A stretch of DNA of 64,000 nucleotides from Thermoproteota archaeon (GTDB lineage Archaea; Asgardarchaeota; Jordiarchaeia; Jordiarchaeales; Freyrarchaeaceae). Position 1 is the first letter of the stretch. Each line of letters begins with the position of its first letter. The DNA lies in contig JAPDJY010000023.1 of the NCBI GenBank assembly GCA_029258835.1, positions 1 to 64,000 on the forward strand, given 5' to 3'. The position numbers and the translations under genes are program-made. The notes under the pieces were generated by a model. It ran no database searches and was not told the DNA's origin. It was given only the letters and a program-made list of their open reading frames with translations. This document shows, one piece after another, positions 59,201-64,000 of this stretch.

Positions 59201-60520
59201 TCCCTGAACGTTTAGAGACTCACCTAGGTCACTTGCCGTCTTTAGAAGGGAGATCTTTATGGTTTCAGGGCTGACGCACCTGAAGGCTTGCAGGAGGAGG
59301 GCGGACACTCCCGCAACATAGGCTGCAGCTGCTGCCGTCGTGGTTGCAACGGTATAGTTTTCATCTATGGGTGTGCCGTACCCGCTCAGGTTGAACTGGG
59401 GTATCGAAATGTTGATTCCTACGTCTGGGGGTGAAGCTCTGCAGGAAACCACGTTGCATCCGGGGGCTACTACGTCGGGCTTCATCCACATGTACAGGGT
59501 TGGCCCCCTTCCGCTGATCGTGCACACCCTACCCGAAGATGAATTGTATGCTCCAACGGTTATGGCTCCCAGCGCCGACCCCGGAGACCCTATGCTCATG
59601 TAGGCTGGGCCTTCATCCCCGGATGCGGCTACAACAGTTACGCCCATTCTGACGGCGGCATCCACCGCCAGGCATAAGGGGTCGTCTGGGAGCCCTGGAA
59701 TGGAGAAGGGGATTAGGATTACGTCTGCACCGTGGCTTACGCTCCACTCGACGCCCGAAAGGATCCAAGAGTATAGGCTGAAGCCTTCCACGTCGAAGAC
59801 CTTCACGTTCATGAGCATGGCTCCCGGTGCAACACCTTTATATTTGCCTTCAGATGCTTCTCCTGTCCCGGCAACTACCCCTGCAACGTATGTTCCATGC
59901 CCATTGAAGTCGTACGGGAAGGGGTCGTAGTCGACCATTGAGACGCTGGCTATAACCTTAGAGTCGTTGGTAGATGGGTCATCATCTAGGTCGTCTAGGT
60001 CTGGGTGTGACGTGTCGATTCCACTATCTAGCACGGCCACTATCACGCCACTGCCATTGTAGCCTTCGCTCCAGATCTGAGACACGTTGACCGTGGCGGT
60101 GTCTCCCTCCCCATCTTTAGATCCTTCCTCGGATGAGAGCTTCACGTTCCTGTTAAGCCAGATGCTTTCCACCTCTGGTAGCCTAGCGATCTTAAAAACA
60201 TCATTTAATGGGATTTCAACTAAGGCTGCAGGGATGAGACTGTAAACCTTCTCAACTACAACGTTGCCTGAAGCCTTCTTCAAGGCGGTACAGCCTTCTT
60301 CAGGGTTAACGTTGAAAACCACTATGACCGATAAGGTGCCTTGCTCCCCTTTCATTTGAAGGATTGCGGGGTCTATGAAGGCTAAGTGCTGCTCGGAGGA
60401 GGCTGGCTGAGAGTTTAGTTGGAGTAATGGTGAGGTATGGGACGGTGCGGAGACTGTGGAAAAAGCCGTGATCAGGACGAGAAGGACGAGGAGACAGGCT
60501 GCTCTCCGCCTTAGCGACAA
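56237..60520 (-). CDS. Large membrane-anchored S8-family protein with GIFT-like domain; catalytic Ser apparently lost
   Basis: VLDSG and HGTYVAG present, but ATTTAAAAAYVAG replaces GTSxAxPHVAG; RILFDSAHN...YDTLIICDPE..F...E domain; C-terminal TM followed by RRRR. Confidence 0.85.
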   Translation of the reverse strand: MSLRRRAACLLVLLVLITAFSTVSAPSHTSPLLQLNSQPASSEQHLAFIDPAILQMKGEQGTLSVIVVFNVNPEEGCTALKKASGNVVVEKVYSLIPAALVEIPLNDVFKIARLPEVESIWLNRNVKLSSEEGSKDGEGDTATVNVSQIWSEGYNGSGVIVAVLDSGIDTSHPDLDDLDDDPSTNDSKVIASVSMVDYDPFPYDFNGHGTYVAGVVAGTGEASEGKYKGVAPGAMLMNVKVFDVEGFSLYSWILSGVEWSVSHGADVILIPFSIPGLPDDPLCLAVDAAVRMGVTVVAASGDEGPAYMSIGSPGSALGAITVGAYNSSSGRVCTISGRGPTLYMWMKPDVVAPGCNVVSCRASPPDVGINISIPQFNLSGYGTPIDENYTVATTTAAAAAYVAGVSALLLQAFRCVSPETIKISLLKTASDLGESLNVQGSGLVNPESAYYYLKGGGGEALNATQRTYTIGLPAAPLYVNNTETNITCYCVAGSSGMFTAMMVSNNTANLNTSHLIQGMFGVSYNGMNTSWLTMGSILRELHVSYLTSDYERASSIFQVGDLLVAAIFECWNNYTNHPLDAFKLTLVFMNTGDEDLSNLYLTFYSSPALFLNESDPSSDDHGFYDPSTGMIYVNDTYDLNPSQALYLGFKGNASVSGYEVGENETVFGHASTGELANTSKHTGNLGLAMKWLVAGSLPAGSHVAFTGSLSFGENESAANASASTALLAQPSSSFPDLCIVNASLKRLSPKGAGYSSDCLVLNVGNDLANASVSFFSNRSGGESTVYHVESFSLENYTPFTPVKFSVTWVPVEEGIYSTGWAIGEIPLLPLDYMLNITNVTSGNIQFNISEVYLLDNYLARNVFIGSPPEDFAVFPVRIPSNPFPVNFPIDFAYYNLTVVSTGNLSGLKIDVDGNASRLVSATKLPETINLFGTIEIAVNTTTPSSLAMNLNVSLSLPFGPFNFPNPGVYQGEIQVSSGASPVGSVAVSFNVTYPQGRILFDSAHNLIDLEHLEEALDSTFTGYFSIYEVSKENGHELDEIPFIEELNETILQLYDTLIICDPELEFSQKELEAVECFVRQGGSLLVLLEPEENGNYTLINSLLEPYGIKATSNLTGPVNLTQENFTSHPVTDGVGEAVLYSPVCFQVNESLGAFTLTKGEAVIVASKVGLGRVVAFGDSDFASLSHIGEHDNRILFSNVLEWLMENKLILNLTVSTPHENNVIYLGDSVYFLVHVTDLNGRDVSQNLTIFAIFNLPNGTSIPMWCFHYKDGLYTTLMFTEFTEQTGNYTLIVWADAPNYTSTCATYTFTVLPSPEQPSLFYLPSAKRDVLLGFAVTALVSTLIVGLYFVRRRRFQRRTFIPELDRELAYYMRNMINEVRAAFKELDTAISDEKLDDFEKIRVIHDKLPRLRRTLIKVKELAEKIGEY

Positions 60521-60638
60521 GTTTTTACCTCCATTCAGGGGAACTTTTACTAGCTAGAACTGTTAAATCTTTTGAAAAAGGTCATGGGAAAGGAGGAGGC
60601 AGGAAGGCCGCTGATAGCCGTTCTTCGTCGGGGTGCGG

Positions 60639-61574
60639 ATGGTGGCGAGGTGTAAATGGTGTGGGAGCGAGGCGAAGGTGTTTATTCCTTATGCGCGTCT
60701 TAGCCTGTGCAATGAACACTTTAAGGTGTACGTTGTGAGGCGTGTAAGGAGAACCATTGAAAGGTATAAGATGGTGAGGGAGGGGGAGAGGGTTTTAGCG
60801 GCTGTTTCAGGTGGGAAGGATAGTTTAGTGCTTCTTCACGTTCTCTCCGAGATAAGGAACAGCGATGATCCCAAGATCTCCCTCAACTACGAGCTTGAAG
60901 CGGTTACAATAGACCTCGGGATAGATGGGTACTCTGAGGAGAGCGTTAGAGTGGCGGGTGAGCACTGCAGGAGCATCGGCGTACCGCACCACGTCATCGA
61001 TGTTAGGAGGGTGGCTGGGTTTACGATGGATGAGGTTGCTTCCCGGGGTGGAAGACCCGTATGCTCCGTCTGCGGGGTCGTTAAAAGGTACGTTTTAAAC
61101 GCGTTTGGCGTCGAGGAGGGGTTTGACAGGCTGGCTACGGGGCATAACCTTGACGATGAGGCGGCTGTTCTCCTTTCAAACTATGTTTCAGCTAACGTTG
61201 AGCTTCTCGCCCGGCAGTCTCCCGTCCTCCCGAGGAGGGACGGCATGGTTTCACGCATCAAACCTCTCTTTGAGGTGTCCGAGAGAGAAACAGCCCTTTA
61301 CGCCCACATTCAAGGGTTATCTCCTATTAGTGAGGAGTGCCCCTACGCTGTCAACCCCTCAACACTCAAATTTAAAGAAGTAATTAACTTTCTGGAGGAG
61401 AAGTGGCCGGCTGCCAAGGTAAGCATGGTTAGGGGGTTCCTGAAGAGGATAAAGCCGCACTTAACAGGTGAAGGATGGCAGGAGGCTCTGAGAAGGTGCG
61501 CCGTGTGCGGCTATCCTACTTCCTCTGAGGTGTGCGCTTTCTGTCGGCTTAAGGAGGCTTACGGACCTATGTGA
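60639..61574 (+). CDS. ttuA: TtuA/Ncs6-family tRNA thiolase (TIGR00269-like)
   Basis: CxxC...CxxH, AVSGGKDS, CSVCG..KRY, ATGHNLDDE, ECPY and C-terminal CxxC..CxxC. Confidence 0.88.
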   Translation: MVARCKWCGSEAKVFIPYARLSLCNEHFKVYVVRRVRRTIERYKMVREGERVLAAVSGGKDSLVLLHVLSEIRNSDDPKISLNYELEAVTIDLGIDGYSEESVRVAGEHCRSIGVPHHVIDVRRVAGFTMDEVASRGGRPVCSVCGVVKRYVLNAFGVEEGFDRLATGHNLDDEAAVLLSNYVSANVELLARQSPVLPRRDGMVSRIKPLFEVSERETALYAHIQGLSPISEECPYAVNPSTLKFKEVINFLEEKWPAAKVSMVRGFLKRIKPHLTGEGWQEALRRCAVCGYPTSSEVCAFCRLKEAYGPM

Positions 61575-62053
61575 CTTATCGTCACCTTTAACTGTTTAAC
61601 TCCTCTGTTTGCCAGAAGCCTTTCGGAAAGGTCTCTTATCTTTTCGGCGTCGCCTCTTACCGTGATCACTTCCATGCAATCACTCTTGGTTAGGTGTGCA
61701 TGCAGGGTGGCTACAATAACGTCTCCATACTCGTGTTGAATATCGGTTATCTTCTCCTCCAAACCTTTAACTTCATGATTGTAGATTATTGATATAACTC
61801 CCGCACACGGGCCTGAGGCCTCCATTACCTTATACTCCGTTAAGAAGTTTCTTATGGCTATCTGCACAGCCTTGGACCTGTCAAGCTTTAAGCTCCGGAC
61901 AAAGTCGTCAAACTCTTCTAGTAGGTCGGAGGGGAGCGAAATGCTGATCCTAGAAACACCTTTTTCGGCTTCGTGTACCAATTTGAGTTCCCTCCAGCCT
62001 TCTTTAAAGGTTAAAGTGGATAACATCCTGCATAATAAATCTGAAACTCTCAA
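61559..62053 (-). CDS. nikR: Nickel-responsive regulator NikR (true start probably ~61980)
   Basis: RISISLP..LLEEFD, RSKA, YNH, TDIQH and LHAHL...CMEVI motifs. Confidence 0.88.
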   Translation of the reverse strand: MRVSDLLCRMLSTLTFKEGWRELKLVHEAEKGVSRISISLPSDLLEEFDDFVRSLKLDRSKAVQIAIRNFLTEYKVMEASGPCAGVISIIYNHEVKGLEEKITDIQHEYGDVIVATLHAHLTKSDCMEVITVRGDAEKIRDLSERLLANRGVKQLKVTISHIGP

Positions 62054-62129
62054 AAAAGTAAAAGTTTTTAGGATTCTAACCGGGATTTTTCATTGAGTCG
62101 TTATGTATTTAAGCAGATGGAGGAGGTGT

Positions 62130-62528
62130 TCACATGCTTTTTCGGTATATTTCCACGAACCTGTCGCACGCGTTAACAAGGGAGAGGACGTAGTTTTGGA
62201 TTTCATCTGCTGTGAGGTTGGTGTCCGCTGTTTCTATGCTGACGAATAGCGTGTCATCATCATCAACCCCATATTTTACACCATTCTGCCTAAAGTTTTC
62301 CCTTAAGAGATTATAGAAGAGTTCTAAACGATCTCCTTCAGGTATTTCAGACAGATCCATGAACCAAGCCATTATGAAGACCCATTTTTCGTCAGGGGAG
62401 GTCAGGATCCCAACTTTTAGATCGGAAAAATAGTCGGTTTCCCAGTGCATTAGGATGGCGTCCTTCTTCTTTACATATTTTAACCCTGACTCGTCAAGGA
62501 GACCGGCAATTTTATCCAGCAACGGCAA
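62130..62528 (-). CDS. YbjN-like domain protein
   Basis: LLREN...GVKYGVDDDD.LFVSIE pattern. Confidence 0.65.
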   Translation of the reverse strand: MPLLDKIAGLLDESGLKYVKKKDAILMHWETDYFSDLKVGILTSPDEKWVFIMAWFMDLSEIPEGDRLELFYNLLRENFRQNGVKYGVDDDDTLFVSIETADTNLTADEIQNYVLSLVNACDRFVEIYRKSM

Positions 62529-62726
62529 AACTTTCCACCTCTTGCCTTTAGAACGGAAAACCTCAGAATAAGGAAGCTTGAAGGTTCCTTAATTCGAGGT
62601 TTCCCAGAGAAAGGGGGTGCTTAATGCTATAAATTATTTTTCAGAAAAGGCTCCCCTTTAAAGAATTCTAAAAAAATAGCCCGATCTTTTCTTTAATTAC
62701 TAAAAAATAAGGGGGATTGGGGGAGT

Positions 62727-64000
62727 TTACACTATTCCACTGAAGTAGTTTGGAATGTAGAGGAGTGCTTCAGCGGCCCTGTTCGCTAGACTGTAAAGTG
62801 GGCTTGGATAGACGCCGAAGGCTATGCACGCAAAGGCTAGCACGGCTATGGGTAGAGCCATCACGAGGGATTCTCTCTTGTTTATTGCCTTGACGCGCTC
62901 CGATTCCGGTGAGAACCAGATGACGTAGATTAACCGCAGGTAGAACGCCGCCGAGAAAGCGCTTGCTAGAATGGTTGCTAGGGCAACGGTCACCCACACC
63001 CATCCCTCTGGGACGAATGGAGCGTACCAGAGGGCTGAAAGCACTATTAGGGCCTTACTCCAGAAGCCGTTTAGTGGCGGGATCCCCATGAGGGCTAGGG
63101 TTCCTATGGCGAAGCTAAGGCTTGTGATGGGTGTTTTCCGCCCTATACCTGACAGGTCGTTAAGCATTCTTGAGCCCGTAGCGTGCAGGTACACTCCCGT
63201 GCCTAAGAACAGGAGGCCTTTCGCTATTGCATGGTTGATGAGGTGGAATAATCCTGCTGTGACCCCTGCGGCGGTTCCTATGGAGATGCCCACCATTATG
63301 AATCCTATGTTCAGGATGCTGCTGTACGCTAGAAGCCTTTTTATGTCCTGCTGGAGCAGGGCCATCACGTTAGCCACGATCAACGTTATTATTGCGAAAA
63401 CTACTAGGGCGTAGTTCCAATGGAATGGGAAACTGTAACCCGGGAACCCTGTCGGGAATGCTGCTGGAAGGTTGTAGGGTGCAACGTTGATGGGGACTAG
63501 CCATGGCCATGCTTCGGTGACCGGGAACACTACGAATAGGCTTCTAGCCATGGAGTACACGCCTGCCTTTATCACCACACCCGACAGCATGGCGCTTATT
63601 CCGCTTGGCGCTGCAGGGTGGGCGTCCGGAAGCCACGTGTGAACCGGGACTATTGCCGCCTTAACACCGAACCCTATGATGAGCAGTATTATGACCAAGT
63701 AGAACGTCGACTCTCCCAGTAGGAAGGCCCAGGGGTTTAAGGCTTGACCCAAGACCAGCAAGGTTCCGAGGTATGCGAAGTTTAGCGTTCCTGTTAGCCC
63801 GTACAGGATTGAGATCGCGTAGAGAACCATGCTGCTGCCTACAGCACCCATCAGGAGGTACTTGAATCCTGCTTCTACAGGCTCCCAGTTCTCCTTTCTG
63901 AAGCCTACCAGCGCGTAGGCTGAGATGCTCATTATTTCGAAGAACACGAAGAGGGTGAAGAGGTCTCCTGCGAATGCTACGCCATTCATGGCTGCAACCA
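62727..64000 (-). CDS. Mrp/Mbh antiporter-like proton-conducting subunit (MrpD/MbhH type); 5' end outside window
   Basis: DLFTLFVFFEIMS, EAGFKYL, PVHTWLPDAHPAAP, KRLLAYSS and GIPPLNGFWSK motifs. Confidence 0.9.
   Translation of the reverse strand, partial: VAAMNGVAFAGDLFTLFVFFEIMSISAYALVGFRKENWEPVEAGFKYLLMGAVGSSMVLYAISILYGLTGTLNFAYLGTLLVLGQALNPWAFLLGESTFYLVIILLIIGFGVKAAIVPVHTWLPDAHPAAPSGISAMLSGVVIKAGVYSMARSLFVVFPVTEAWPWLVPINVAPYNLPAAFPTGFPGYSFPFHWNYALVVFAIITLIVANVMALLQQDIKRLLAYSSILNIGFIMVGISIGTAAGVTAGLFHLINHAIAKGLLFLGTGVYLHATGSRMLNDLSGIGRKTPITSLSFAIGTLALMGIPPLNGFWSKALIVLSALWYAPFVPEGWVWVTVALATILASAFSAAFYLRLIYVIWFSPESERVKAINKRESLVMALPIAVLAFACIAFGVYPSPLYSLANRAAEALLYIPNYFSGIV

Overview
Archaeal chromosomal DNA, most consistent with a thermophilic Asgard lineage. 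This is inferred from longin/roadblock, V4R and GIFT-domain proteins, an Rpb5-like RpoH, and selenoproteins with a eukaryote-like SECIS. The window holds dispersed A/V-type ATPase genes, panB, a hdrA-vhuD(mvhD)-fdhB-like operon, fusA (EF-2), a twice-interrupted tRNA-Gln(CUG), two membrane-anchored S8 proteases, and several decayed TnpB/IS607 elements and other pseudogenes. The main discovery is in vhuD, which the ORF track shows only as a C-terminal fragment. It is interrupted by a 22-nt bulge-helix-bulge (BHB) intron (13038-13059) immediately before its first selenocysteine UGA. Cutting at the canonical BHB positions restores the frame and the conserved C-x-x-U-G-Y-G-A-A-D motif, so this is a candidate tRNA-endonuclease-spliced mRNA intron in a selenoprotein gene. 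The operon also has an in-frame Sec UGA in hdrA, a second UGA in vhuD and a SECIS-like hairpin at the end of vhuD. Other highlights: a LAGLIDADG-containing insertion flanked by a duplicated EF-2 5' end, local mirror-symmetric AC/GT skew patches, a Site-1-protease-like pseudoprotease, an alpha-solenoid/Ig plus longin gene pair, and two unexplained structured RNAs. All calls are from manual reading; no searches were run.
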